Part shown: piece after piece, positions 21,595 through 31,284 of the stretch
Layout of the letters: each line of letters starts with the position of its first letter
How positions within the stretch are numbered: the stretch's first letter is position 1
NCBI GenBank assembly: GCA_963663805.2
Contig: CAXXMR010000013.1
Location: 416,001 to 480,000 of the forward strand
DNA length: 64,000 nucleotides
Direction of reading: 5' to 3'
DNA from: Sedimentisphaerales bacterium
GTDB taxonomy: Bacteria > Planctomycetota > Phycisphaerae > Sedimentisphaerales > SM23-30
Notes under the pieces: model-generated
The model's input: only the letters and a program-made list of their open reading frames with translations
The model's database searches: none
Told to the model about the DNA's origin: nothing
Position numbers and translations under genes: made by a program

Positions 21595-21700
21595 CGTTGT
21601 TTTTGTTTGTGTTGTTGTGAATTTTGAAATTAGAATTTATTTAGGATTTAGAATTTAGTGCTCAGAATTTCCAGTTTATCTGGCTTAGGATTTAGGATTT
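21595..21700. repeat. Dispersed AT-rich repeat module built from ~7-bp units, between flhB and flhA
   Basis: TTAGAAT/TTAGGAT heptamers; shares the exact 23-mer AGAATTTCCAGTTTATCTGGCTT with 51843-51865. Confidence 0.85.
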
Positions 21701-21706
21701 AAATAA

Positions 21707-23821
21707 GTGCCCGCAGCATCAAACAACTTGATATCACGACTAAACTGGCTCAACACCGGCCGGGAATTCATCTTCCCCCTTGCCGCCGTCAGTCTGATTT
21801 TTGTCATGCTTATCCAGTTGCCCACTCCGCTTATGGATATTATGCTGGCGGCCAACCTCGCCTTCGCTGCCATAGTATTGCTGACTACCATTTACGTTAC
21901 CAGTCCCTTGGAATTCTCTGTTTTTCCCTCCATGCTCCTGGTCGCGACCCTGTTGCGCCTGGTACTTAACTGTGCTACCACCCGTCTGATTCTTCAAGCG
22001 CCTGAAACCCCCGGTGATGCCACTGCCGCTGCAGGTCATGTTATCCAGGCCTTTGGTAATTTCGTTACTGGCGGTTCACTCGTCATCGGTCTTATCATCT
22101 TTATCATTCTCGTCGTCATCCAGTTTGTCGTAATCACCAAAGGTGCAACCCGTATCAGTGAAGTGGCCGCCCGTTTTACCTTGGACGGCATGCCTGGCAA
22201 ACAGATGGCCATTGATGCTGACCTCAACGCCGGCCTTATCAACGAAGCCGAAGCACGCCGCCGCCGCGAAGCCATCAGTTCCGAAGCGGACTTTTACGGG
22301 GCCATGGACGGTGCCAGTAAATTCGTCCGTGGCGATGCCATTGCCGGTATCATTATCACCATCGTTAACATCGTCGGCGGACTTACTATCGGTATGCTCG
22401 AATACGACTGGGATCTCGCCACCTGCTTCGAAGTCTTCACCAAACTAACCATCGGTGACGGCCTGGTAAGTCAGATTCCCGCCTTTATTATCTCCGTCTC
22501 CGCCGGTCTTATCGTCACTCGATCCACCAGCAAGACCAACCTCGGCGAAGAACTCATTACCCAGCTTACCTCCAAGCCCCGCGCTCTTATCGTCGGTGCT
22601 GGTTTCCTCGCCTTGCTCGCCACCACCGGATTGCCCACCCTCCCGCTGCTTATTATGGCCGCGTCATTCATCGGTATTGCCCAGGTTGTCAAAAAATCCA
22701 AGGTCAAACAAGCCGACCAGGAGGCACGCGATGCCAAAAAAGCCGAAGTCGCCCCCAAACAGGACAAAATCGAATCTCTTCTGCCCGTCGATCGCATGGA
22801 AATGGAAATCGGCTATGCCCTCGTCAGACTCGTGGACGCCAAGCAGGGAGGCGACCTCCTCCATCGCATCAGCATGTTACGCCGCCAGATTGCCCTCGAA
22901 CTCGGTATAATTGTCCCCAGTATCCGCATTCGTGATAATGTCCGCCTCAATCCCAACGAATATATCATCAAAATCAAAGGGGTCGAAGTCGCCCGGGCCG
23001 CCGCCTTTGCCGACCAGTATCTCGCTATGGACTCTGGCGCCGTCACCGGCAAACTCAACGGCCAGGAAACCGTCGAACCCGCTTTCGGACTGCCTGCCGT
23101 CTGGATTCCCGCCGTCAGGCGCGACCAGGCCGAAATGATGAACTATACCGTCGTCGATTGCTCCAGTGTAGTCGCCACCCACCTCACCGAGGTCATCAAG
23201 AACCACGCTTCCGAGCTGCTCACCCGTGAAGAATTGAACAGCCTGCTCGACACCGCCAAGCAAAGCTGCCCTGCCGTCGTCGAAGAAGTAGTCGGCGGCA
23301 CTCTCAAGGCCGGCGATGTCCAGAAAGTCCTCCAGTCCCTGCTTGAAGAGCGTGTCCCCATACGCGACATCGAAACCATACTCGAAACCCTCGCCGATTG
23401 GGGAACCCGAACTCAGGATCTCGAAGTCCTCACCGAATATGTCCGCAACGCCCTGGCCCGCACAATTTGTGCCCAGTATCGCGAAGAAGACGGCCGTTTA
23501 CGCTGCGTAACCCTCGACCCCGCCCTCGAAGATGTCATTAATCGACACATCGAACGCAGCGAAAGAGGCAGTTACCTTACCCTGCCGCCCGCCGTCGCCG
23601 CTGAAATCGTAAAAGCCATAAGATCGCAGCTCGAAAAACTATTGCAGGTCGGTGCCCAGCCCCTGATTCTCTGTTCACCCCAAATTAGACTTTCTTTAAG
23701 AAGATTACTCGCTCCGTCCTTGCCAAACATAGCTGTTCTCGCTTATAATGAAATCGTTAAGTCCGTACAAATTGATTCACTTGGAATGGTGGTAGTTGAA
23801 GATGAAACTCAAAAACTTTAG
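21707..23821 (+). CDS. flhA: Flagellar export protein FlhA
   Basis: EVAARFTLDGMPGKQMAIDAD; DFYGAMDGASKFVRGD. Confidence 0.97.
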   Translation: MPAASNNLISRLNWLNTGREFIFPLAAVSLIFVMLIQLPTPLMDIMLAANLAFAAIVLLTTIYVTSPLEFSVFPSMLLVATLLRLVLNCATTRLILQAPETPGDATAAAGHVIQAFGNFVTGGSLVIGLIIFIILVVIQFVVITKGATRISEVAARFTLDGMPGKQMAIDADLNAGLINEAEARRRREAISSEADFYGAMDGASKFVRGDAIAGIIITIVNIVGGLTIGMLEYDWDLATCFEVFTKLTIGDGLVSQIPAFIISVSAGLIVTRSTSKTNLGEELITQLTSKPRALIVGAGFLALLATTGLPTLPLLIMAASFIGIAQVVKKSKVKQADQEARDAKKAEVAPKQDKIESLLPVDRMEMEIGYALVRLVDAKQGGDLLHRISMLRRQIALELGIIVPSIRIRDNVRLNPNEYIIKIKGVEVARAAAFADQYLAMDSGAVTGKLNGQETVEPAFGLPAVWIPAVRRDQAEMMNYTVVDCSSVVATHLTEVIKNHASELLTREELNSLLDTAKQSCPAVVEEVVGGTLKAGDVQKVLQSLLEERVPIRDIETILETLADWGTRTQDLEVLTEYVRNALARTICAQYREEDGRLRCVTLDPALEDVINRHIERSERGSYLTLPPAVAAEIVKAIRSQLEKLLQVGAQPLILCSPQIRLSLRRLLAPSLPNIAVLAYNEIVKSVQIDSLGMVVVEDETQKL

Positions 23822-25124
23822 AGCACCCACAATGCCTCAGGCATTGGCTATGGTCAAAAGAGAGTTCGGCCCCGATGCCGTGATTGTACGTACCAGAAGC
23901 TATAAAAAAGGCGGAGTACTCGGTATTGGGGCCCGTAATATCATCGAAATCACCGCGCGGGCCCATCAGCCCGGCGACCTGAAACCCAAAACCGCCCGAC
24001 CGGCACATACCAATCGACTTGCCCAGACCTATGGTATCGCGCACCCGAAGAAAACACCAGCTCCCCGCGCCAACCTGAACAATTCCCGTTCCGATACCAT
24101 TACTTTACTCGATGAACTCGCCGGCCATGGCAGATTGCCGCGCCAACGCGAAATAAACTTGCCCCGGTTCGAAATTCAAAAAGAAAAAATCGACTCTGCC
24201 CAGTCCGAAATGTTCAAAAACGAAATGCAGTCGCTTCGTTCGCTGGTTGAGTCGCTCGTCAAAGAACAACGGCAGCTCCACGAACCCCAGATGCCCGAAC
24301 AGCTTTTCGAAATGTATCTCGACCTCATCCAGCGTGAAGTATCCGAAGAAATCGCCCGCGAAATGCTCCACGAAATCCAGAACGGACTCACCGGCCAGCA
24401 GGCACGCAGTGTGGACATCGTCCGCCAGCGTGTTATCGATGCTATGGCCCAGATGATTGACACCGCCGGACCTATTTGCCCCAACGTGGACGGCAAAACC
24501 CGCGTTGTCGCCCTCATTGGTCCCACCGGTGTCGGCAAAACCACCACCATCGCCAAGCTCGCTGCCGACCTCAAACTCCGCCAGAATAAAAAAGTCGCTC
24601 TTATTACCATCGACACCTACCGAATCGGGGCCGTTGACCAGCTCCGCATGTATGCTCAAATTATTGGCGTACCCATCCACGTGGTACTCACGCCCGCCGA
24701 CCTGAAAAGAACCGTCGACAGCCTCCAGGATATGGATGTTGTACTCATCGACACCGCCGGTCGCAGCCAGAAGGACCACGCCAAAATCAACGAACTTCGC
24801 GCCTTCCTCGATGCCGTCGGCCCCCACGAACTGCATTTGGTTCTTTCCACCAACTGCCATCATTCCCACATGCTCAGTGCCGCCGAGGAATTCAAAAAAC
24901 TCGGAGTCGACCGAATCATCCTGACCAAACTCGACGAAGCCATCAGTTTTGGTGTCGTCTTGTCCGTCTTTAAGAAAATTGACGCCTCGCTTTCCTACAT
25001 AACCACAGGCCAGGACGTGCCCGACGACATAGAAGTCGGCAACCCCCGCAGATTAGCCCAGCTTCTGCTCGGAATGGAACAATCCCAAAACCACGGCAAC
25101 CTCGAAAACGCCACCGCAGGATAA
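23802..25124 (+). CDS. flhF: Flagellar SRP-type GTPase FlhF
   Basis: GPTGVGKTTT, DTYRIGA, DTAGR, TKLDE, GQDVPDD. Confidence 0.96.
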   Translation: MKLKNFRAPTMPQALAMVKREFGPDAVIVRTRSYKKGGVLGIGARNIIEITARAHQPGDLKPKTARPAHTNRLAQTYGIAHPKKTPAPRANLNNSRSDTITLLDELAGHGRLPRQREINLPRFEIQKEKIDSAQSEMFKNEMQSLRSLVESLVKEQRQLHEPQMPEQLFEMYLDLIQREVSEEIAREMLHEIQNGLTGQQARSVDIVRQRVIDAMAQMIDTAGPICPNVDGKTRVVALIGPTGVGKTTTIAKLAADLKLRQNKKVALITIDTYRIGAVDQLRMYAQIIGVPIHVVLTPADLKRTVDSLQDMDVVLIDTAGRSQKDHAKINELRAFLDAVGPHELHLVLSTNCHHSHMLSAAEEFKKLGVDRIILTKLDEAISFGVVLSVFKKIDASLSYITTGQDVPDDIEVGNPRRLAQLLLGMEQSQNHGNLENATAG

Positions 25125-25228
25125 CACCTAACTAGTGAACATTTATTACAAAACAGGAGACCAGGCATTCAGGCAAAATAATTACTCCAACTTATGACCG
25201 GCATTAAGCCCGTGCCCAAAACAAAAAA

Positions 25229-26077
25229 ATGGTAGTAGACCAAGCCGAAAAACTCAGACTAATGATGCGCCGCCGCGAAGGTAACGCCCAGGTTATAGCT
25301 ATTGCTTCCGGCAAAGGCGGAACCGGCAAAACCAACGTCGCCGCCAATCTCGCTATTTGCCTCATGGCCTCACGCAAAGATGTGCTGCTCATTGATGCCG
25401 ACCTAGGCCTTGCCAATCTCGACGTTGTCATGAATGTCAAGGTCAGGCATACCCTCGCCCAGGTTATCGACGGCAAAAAGAACATTGACGAAATCATTCA
25501 GCGCGGTCCCGCCGGCCTGAAAATGATTTGTGGCGCTTCAGGTCTCGCCCGCATCGCCGACCTCACCGACTTTGAACGTCAGCGTATTGTCCAGCAGTTT
25601 TCCGAGCTCGAAAATAAGGCCGACATTATTATCATCGACACCGGTGCCGGTATCTCCCAGAACGTACTCGGCTTTTGCGAGTCCGCCCAACGCACCGTTG
25701 TCGTCGTTACCCCTGAGCCCACCAGCATCACCGATGCCTATGCCCTCATCAAGCGGCTTAGCCAGGAACATTCCGGCACCAAGATTTCCCTGCTGGTCAA
25801 CATGGCCGAAAGCCGGGCCGACGCCAAAAAGGTCTACCAGCGTTTAGCCGGAGTCGCTGGCAGGTTCCTTTCTACCACCGTTTACGATGCCGGCTATATC
25901 CTCCGCGACGAGCATGTTCGCCAGGCCGTTAGTCAGCGACAGCCAGTTACCCTTGCCTACCCACGCTGCCAGGCCAGCTATTGTTTCATGGCCCTGGCCG
26001 GAAAACTCTCCCGACCCACAGCCGTCGCCGCCGACGACGAAGGCTTCTTCAAAAAGGTAGTCAACTGGTTCTTCTAG
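25229..26077 (+). CDS. flhG: MinD-family ATPase FlhG/FleN
   Basis: DQAEKLR N-terminus, SGKGGTGKT, DADLGLAN, C-terminal amphipathic helix. Confidence 0.94.
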   Translation: MVVDQAEKLRLMMRRREGNAQVIAIASGKGGTGKTNVAANLAICLMASRKDVLLIDADLGLANLDVVMNVKVRHTLAQVIDGKKNIDEIIQRGPAGLKMICGASGLARIADLTDFERQRIVQQFSELENKADIIIIDTGAGISQNVLGFCESAQRTVVVVTPEPTSITDAYALIKRLSQEHSGTKISLLVNMAESRADAKKVYQRLAGVAGRFLSTTVYDAGYILRDEHVRQAVSQRQPVTLAYPRCQASYCFMALAGKLSRPTAVAADDEGFFKKVVNWFF

Positions 26078-26183
26078 TTATAAGACGTTAAACATTTTAT
26101 AGCGATATAGCCGAATAAACTTAAACCGGATAATTTAATTTTTGCGAGGAACATAAATAAATAATAAAGTAGATAACTAGTTG

Positions 26184-26199
26184 GCAACAAGGAAGTTGC
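26184..26199 (+). promoter_or_regulatory. GGA-loop hairpin (possible CsrA site)
   Basis: GCAAC-AAGGAA-GTTGC, with ANGGA in the loop. Confidence 0.45.
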
Positions 26200-26329
26200 G
26201 ATAATAAGGCGGCCCGCACCCATTTTCCGGTGCCTGCCCCGCCGGGCTTAAATCGCCGATATTTAACTAAAGTCGGCAAGCACCAGACCCGATCAGAGCA
26301 AAAGTTGGTGTAGTGACTGAAAGGATTCG

Positions 26330-26674
26330 ATGAAAGTATCTGCTACAGTATGTGGGGCAGGGCTGGGTTTTCTTGCCTTTGGTATCAGTCTACTTATCGG
26401 ACTTTGGGTCGATAACCCGTTTATCACCCTGGTTACCCGAGCCCTCAAATTACTCGTTATCTTCTTCTTCATCGGCTCAATATTGGGCCATCTCGGACTC
26501 AAAGTTATCCACGAAAATTACGAACAGCTTCGCGCCGAGGATGAACTCGAAGCCGAAGAAATCGAAAATCTGCCCCAGGTCGCCCAGGTCGGAGAAATAC
26601 CACCCGACCAGCAGCCCCAAAAACAACCAGTACAGAATCAGCAGACGCCCCAGCCGGAGCCCGCTGCCCTTTAA
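26330..26674 (+). CDS. Hypothetical two-TM membrane protein
   Basis: AAGGA RBS; two hydrophobic helices and an acidic, Q/P-rich tail. Confidence 0.75.
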   Translation: MKVSATVCGAGLGFLAFGISLLIGLWVDNPFITLVTRALKLLVIFFFIGSILGHLGLKVIHENYEQLRAEDELEAEEIENLPQVAQVGEIPPDQQPQKQPVQNQQTPQPEPAAL

Positions 26675-26745
26675 TAACATGAAGCTTTACCAGATATTAT
26701 AAAAGACACTGACTAATAATATCAGAGAAAATGAGGTCGTTAGCT

Positions 26746-27531
26746 ATGGCAAAGTCTCCCGAAGAACAAGCAATGCTTATGGAAAAGTGGAAGGAGTATA
26801 AGGAATTCGGCGGCAATGAGATGCGCAATTTCCTTATGGAGCAGTACCTTACACTTGTCAAATACAATGCCGAGAGAATCTACGCCAAGCTGCCCGACGA
26901 AGTCGAGCTAGACGACCTTATCAGCGCCGGCGTGTTCGGGCTTATGGACGCCATCGATGCCTTCGACCTCAGTCGATGCGTAAAGTTCGAAACTTATTGC
27001 GCCCCGCGTATTCGCGGTGCCATTCTCGACGAACTACGCTCTATGGACTGGGTGCCGCGCCTCGTGCGTTCCCGCGCCCATAAACTTGATGAAGCCGCCA
27101 AGGTCCTCGAAGCCCAGCTCGGCCGTTCCGCCACCGACGAAGAACTCGCCCGCGGCATGAACGTCTCTCAGGACGAATTCGTCAAACTTAAACGTGATGC
27201 AACTGCTGTGTCCCTTGTTTCGCTAAGCCGTAAATGGTTTGAAACCGACTCCCAGAAGGACGTTTGCGAAATCGACGTACTCGAAGATAAACGCGGCCAG
27301 AACCCCCTTGAGGAAATCCAGAAACGAGACATCAAAGACGCGCTTACCAAAAGCCTAAGCCGCGCCGAAAAACTCATCCTAATCCTCTACTATTACGAAG
27401 AAATGACCATGAAGGAAATCGGGGCCACCTTGGACCTCTCCGAGTCGCGAGTTTCCCAGATGCACTCATCAATACTCGCCCGCCTAAAAGCCCAGATGTC
27501 ACACCAGAAAGTAGAAATGGTCACAACCTGA
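26746..27531 (+). CDS. fliA: RNA polymerase sigma factor FliA/WhiG (sigma28)
   Basis: DDLISAGVFGL, RIRGAILDELRSMDW, LSESRVSQMH. Confidence 0.95.
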   Translation: MAKSPEEQAMLMEKWKEYKEFGGNEMRNFLMEQYLTLVKYNAERIYAKLPDEVELDDLISAGVFGLMDAIDAFDLSRCVKFETYCAPRIRGAILDELRSMDWVPRLVRSRAHKLDEAAKVLEAQLGRSATDEELARGMNVSQDEFVKLKRDATAVSLVSLSRKWFETDSQKDVCEIDVLEDKRGQNPLEEIQKRDIKDALTKSLSRAEKLILILYYYEEMTMKEIGATLDLSESRVSQMHSSILARLKAQMSHQKVEMVTT

Positions 27532-27559
27532 AAAGGTTACCAATTTATCTGAATACAAT

Positions 27560-27589
27560 AAACCCCGTGGCACGTCCGCGGGGTTTTTC
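27560..27589 (+). terminator. Intrinsic terminator after fliA
   Basis: AAACCCCGTGG-CACGT-CCGCGGGGTTT followed by Ts. Confidence 0.85.
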
Positions 27590-27646
27590 TTGCGTATACC
27601 CAAAAACCGGTAATCACCCATCTGATATCGGTCGATATATACCTTG

Positions 27647-28174
27647 ATGGAACAGGAACTTACCGGAAATCCGTATGCTTTATCGGGCCTGAGCAGTAAA
27701 CGCCGCGTTAAAGCCGTTAAAGTCGGCGACTTACGACTCGCCACCGACCCCCGTGCTACACTCATCACCTACGCCCTCGGTTCCTGTCTCGGCGTAACTT
27801 TCTACGACTCCAGAGTCCCCATTGTCGGCCTCGGCCACTTCCTCCTGCCCACGGCGCCCCCCAAATGCAGCCTCACCGAATCACGAAAACACGTTAATAC
27901 CGGCCTGGACGAACTCTACCGAAAATTAATCGACGCCGGTGCCCTGAAACGCCGACTCAAAATTCATCTTTTCGGCTGTGCCTCAATTCTGAAAGGCACC
28001 CCATCCCTCGATATAGGCCGCCAGAACTTCAACGCCGCCGCCCAATGGCTAAAGACCAATAACCTCTCTCCCATAGCTGCCCACGTCGGCGGAAACAAAA
28101 ACCGTACCGTAACCATCCAGGCCGACACCGGCAAAATAACCATCCGCACCGGCCGCGATGTAATTCAGATTTAA
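27647..28174 (+). CDS. cheD: Chemoreceptor glutamine deamidase CheD
   Basis: LGSCLGV catalytic Cys, GHFLLP His, IGRQN, VGG. Confidence 0.9.
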   Translation: MEQELTGNPYALSGLSSKRRVKAVKVGDLRLATDPRATLITYALGSCLGVTFYDSRVPIVGLGHFLLPTAPPKCSLTESRKHVNTGLDELYRKLIDAGALKRRLKIHLFGCASILKGTPSLDIGRQNFNAAAQWLKTNNLSPIAAHVGGNKNRTVTIQADTGKITIRTGRDVIQI

Positions 28175-28175
28175 A

Positions 28176-29108
28176 TTACTTGCCAAACTCTAAAACAGCC
28201 GTAACCGGACAATGATCCGAAGGATATCGACCGTCCCTGTTATATCGATTAACCTTAGCCTCCAGTACGCAAACCGGCCTCGCCGTCAGTACATAATCAA
28301 TCTTCGGAAACGGTTCCCGTTTGCCGAACCCGTTGAATGTCCCCGCGTCAACTTCTTCGCCATGCTTAACCCGAAACGTATCAACCATCGGCAGGGGGGT
28401 AACGATTCTTTTGCCGTCAACCTTAACCGCCTTACCCTTAAAAAACCGCACCGCCTGCTCATGTTCCCGTGCGTTAAAATCACCCACCAGCACAAACGGG
28501 TCGTCAACTTCCCGCCCTGCAATCCGCTCCGTAATCAGTATCATACTCCGATCCCGGCAATATTCACATTGATGGTCCAGATGCGCATTGTAAAAATAAA
28601 TCCCCTTTCCGCTTTCCTTATCCACAAACCGTGACCACTCACAGAAACGCGAACCTCTGTTCCCCCAGCCCTTCGAACCCGCCACCTCCGGCGTATCCGA
28701 TAGCCAGAATACACCTTCTCTCTCAACTTCCCACCGGTCCTTACGATAAAGTATCGTATTCGATGACCCGCCAATTTTTCCGTCGCTGTATGTTGTCAGA
28801 AAACCATACTCCGCCACAAGCTCCATAAGCACATCCACCTGTGGCTTTTCAGCCTCCTGCAAACCAATAAAATCAGCCTCGCTGTCCCTTATTATATCCG
28901 CCACCATCCCCTTGCGATATTCCCAGCCGTCAATCCCGTCCTTGCCCCGGTAATAGCGAATATTAAACGTCATCGCCTTGACCCGCAGCTTATCCGCCCC
29001 GATTTCCCCCACACCCTGCCGCCCGCTGCTCTCACACGATACCAGCCCCACGCAAACCAAAACTGCTAGAATTAGCCCCCAAAACCGTCTTTTTCGCGTA
29101 AAATTCAT
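28176..29108 (-). CDS. Endonuclease/exonuclease/phosphatase-family lipoprotein
   Basis: TFNIR, GLQE, GDFN, KIDY, PSDH; lipobox-like LVSC. Confidence 0.92.
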   Translation of the reverse strand: MNFTRKRRFWGLILAVLVCVGLVSCESSGRQGVGEIGADKLRVKAMTFNIRYYRGKDGIDGWEYRKGMVADIIRDSEADFIGLQEAEKPQVDVLMELVAEYGFLTTYSDGKIGGSSNTILYRKDRWEVEREGVFWLSDTPEVAGSKGWGNRGSRFCEWSRFVDKESGKGIYFYNAHLDHQCEYCRDRSMILITERIAGREVDDPFVLVGDFNAREHEQAVRFFKGKAVKVDGKRIVTPLPMVDTFRVKHGEEVDAGTFNGFGKREPFPKIDYVLTARPVCVLEAKVNRYNRDGRYPSDHCPVTAVLEFGK

Positions 29109-29140
29109 ATTGGCCTCCTAACGCCTTATCAGCCAGTTAA

Positions 29141-30085
29141 TCATTCAAACTCTATCATCGCCGTAACCGGACAATGATCCGAAGGGTATCTACCATCCTT
29201 ATTGTACCGGTTCACATCTGCCTCCAGAACCCGCACCCCAGGCCGCACATAAATATAATCAATTTTCGTAAACGGTTCCCGCTTGCCGAATCCGTTGAAT
29301 GTCCCCGCGTCAACATCCTGCCCACGCTTCACTCGAAACGTATCAACCAAACCCAGCGGATTAACACAATTCTCACCCGCGACCGTCGCTGCCTCACCCC
29401 GGGCATACTTCATCGACTCTTCATTTTCCTCAGCGTTCAAATCACCCACCAGCACAAACGGATCATCAAACTCACGCCCCGCGATTCGTTCGATAGCCAG
29501 CTTGATACCCTTCTCCCGACAATCCGCCGCGTGATGGCTCAGGTGCGTATTATAAAAATATACTCCCTGCCCGCTCGTCTTATCAACCAGCCGCGCCCAC
29601 GCGCAATACCGCACATATTTATTCCCCCACGTCTTCGTATAAGCAACCTCCGGCGTATCCGAAAGCCAGAACACACCTTCCTGCCCAATCTCCCACTTAT
29701 CTTTGCGATAGAGTATCGCGTTAGCCGACCCCTTCTCAACCCGATTATAAGTCGCCAGAAAACCATATTCCGGCAAAGCCTTTTTTAGCATCTCTACCTG
29801 CGGCTCCTGAGCTTCCTGCAAACCGATAAAATCGCAGCCGCTCTCCCGTATAATATCCGCCACCATTTCCTTGCGAAACTCCCACCCGTTCTCCCCGTCA
29901 TTAACGTAAAACACTCGAATATTATAACTCATAGCCTTAACAACAGTCCCATCGTTCGCCGCACTCTTAGGCCCGTTTACCCCGCAGGACATCGTTCCAA
30001 GACAAACCACCGCCAACAAAATAACCCGTCCAATCCACACCAGTTTTCTAATTCGCTTCTTATTAGATTTCATGTCAGGCTCCAT
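29141..30085 (-). CDS. Endonuclease/exonuclease/phosphatase-family lipoprotein (tandem paralog)
   Basis: SYNIR, GLQE, GDLN, KIDY, PSDH; lipobox-like TMSC. Confidence 0.92.
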   Translation of the reverse strand: MEPDMKSNKKRIRKLVWIGRVILLAVVCLGTMSCGVNGPKSAANDGTVVKAMSYNIRVFYVNDGENGWEFRKEMVADIIRESGCDFIGLQEAQEPQVEMLKKALPEYGFLATYNRVEKGSANAILYRKDKWEIGQEGVFWLSDTPEVAYTKTWGNKYVRYCAWARLVDKTSGQGVYFYNTHLSHHAADCREKGIKLAIERIAGREFDDPFVLVGDLNAEENEESMKYARGEAATVAGENCVNPLGLVDTFRVKRGQDVDAGTFNGFGKREPFTKIDYIYVRPGVRVLEADVNRYNKDGRYPSDHCPVTAMIEFE

Positions 30086-30104
30086 TTTTTCAAGGTTAAA
30101 GCTA

Positions 30105-30570
30105 TTAACGCCGCAAATCGAATATCAAATACTCATCGGTTTCGGCAAATATGGAATAATTACTATTCAAATAATCGATAAGTTCTTTTTGTCTCCTGCC
30201 GCTGTCAAGTTCAGTAATAACGAAAAAGTTTGGACATGAGTTTTTTGAAATTTTATCAAGATTACTCTTAAAATCAATTGAATGCCCCAATATTTTGCCA
30301 AAATTAATATTTGCCGCATTGGGCCAACTTGCCCCTGCTAGATGACCGTGATAACGCAAATCATTTCCATGGTCTGAACTTAAAAAGATGCATTTGCGGC
30401 TATGTGATAGCAATTCTCCAATTTCTGTTCCAATTCTTGCTTTGCGATTATTAGGGCACAGTTGTTTGACTATGGGGGGACTGCCGATGAATAAATTTGC
30501 GACCTTTTCCATACGTTTAAGTTCTTGTCCGGTAAAATTAGCCTTTGAAAAAATCATTGTTTCCTGAATA
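30105..30570 (-). pseudogene. AT-rich 5'-truncated gene fragment, possibly the C-terminus of a membrane glycosyltransferase
   Basis: Abrupt drop in GC; no convincing start or RBS; ends ...NYSIFAETDEYLIFDL (family assignment from recall only). Confidence 0.4.
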
Positions 30571-30728
30571 AAAAGGCCCGAAAAACCTTCAAAAAACGTC
30601 AAAAAAACCGCTTTAAAATACTTGAATCCCTGTAGCTGCTTGAGGAGCTAAACAGATGACGGACACTATTATACCGGACACCGTCTCGACTCGGCGTTAA
30701 GAATATCGATTTTGACATCGCCCCCTTT

Positions 30729-31157
30729 TCAGGTTACTATGCCTTTTTTTAAGATGATGTTGGCGTAAAGTGCTGTTTCTCCGGTAGCAATAATCGCGTA
30801 GGCCTTTTTTGCTCTTTCGTAGAACTCGAACCGTTCAATATATTCAAAATCATCAAATTTTTCGCCGCTGGCCTTGATAATGTCGCGATATTCGTCCCAG
30901 ACAGGCGTTTTTGTATCGCTGCCGGGCACGACCTGCATCAATCCGGCGGCTTTATCGACGTAAATATCCAGCGGGAAGAGCTCCAGGATTGCTTCGAGTA
31001 TCTCAGGCACTCCGTGACCGTCCAGCCGCACCAGCCGCTGAGCCATCGAAGCGGCAGGAAAGTTGCCGTCGCCAATTACAAGCTCATCGCCATGGCCCAT
31101 TTCCATAAGGATTTTTAGTAAATCAGGTCCGATTATCGGAGGGATATTTTTCAGCAT
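30729..31157 (-). CDS. fucU: L-fucose mutarotase (RbsD/FucU family)
   Basis: MLKNI...EMGHGDELVIGDGNFP; FYERAK; YANIILKKG. Confidence 0.9.
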   Translation of the reverse strand: MLKNIPPIIGPDLLKILMEMGHGDELVIGDGNFPAASMAQRLVRLDGHGVPEILEAILELFPLDIYVDKAAGLMQVVPGSDTKTPVWDEYRDIIKASGEKFDDFEYIERFEFYERAKKAYAIIATGETALYANIILKKGIVT

Positions 31158-31250
31158 ATGTTTTCCTTTCGCCAATGTTCTTACTTTGACCGATAATAAT
31201 TGGTATAACCATTAACAACCGAATAATCAAAAAAAAATCCCCATTTTTAT

Positions 31251-31279
31251 TTGCTCAAGTACAGTCCTTGGTGTAGAAT
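31251..31279 (+). promoter_or_regulatory. Sigma70-type promoter
   Basis: TTGCTC-N17-TAGAAT with upstream A/T tracts. Confidence 0.65.
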
Positions 31280-31284
31280 TACGA

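Noticed and set aside
7238..23821. Non-flagellar type III secretion system
   Set aside because: Export genes are embedded among rod, hook, stator and sigma28 genes, so the system is flagellar
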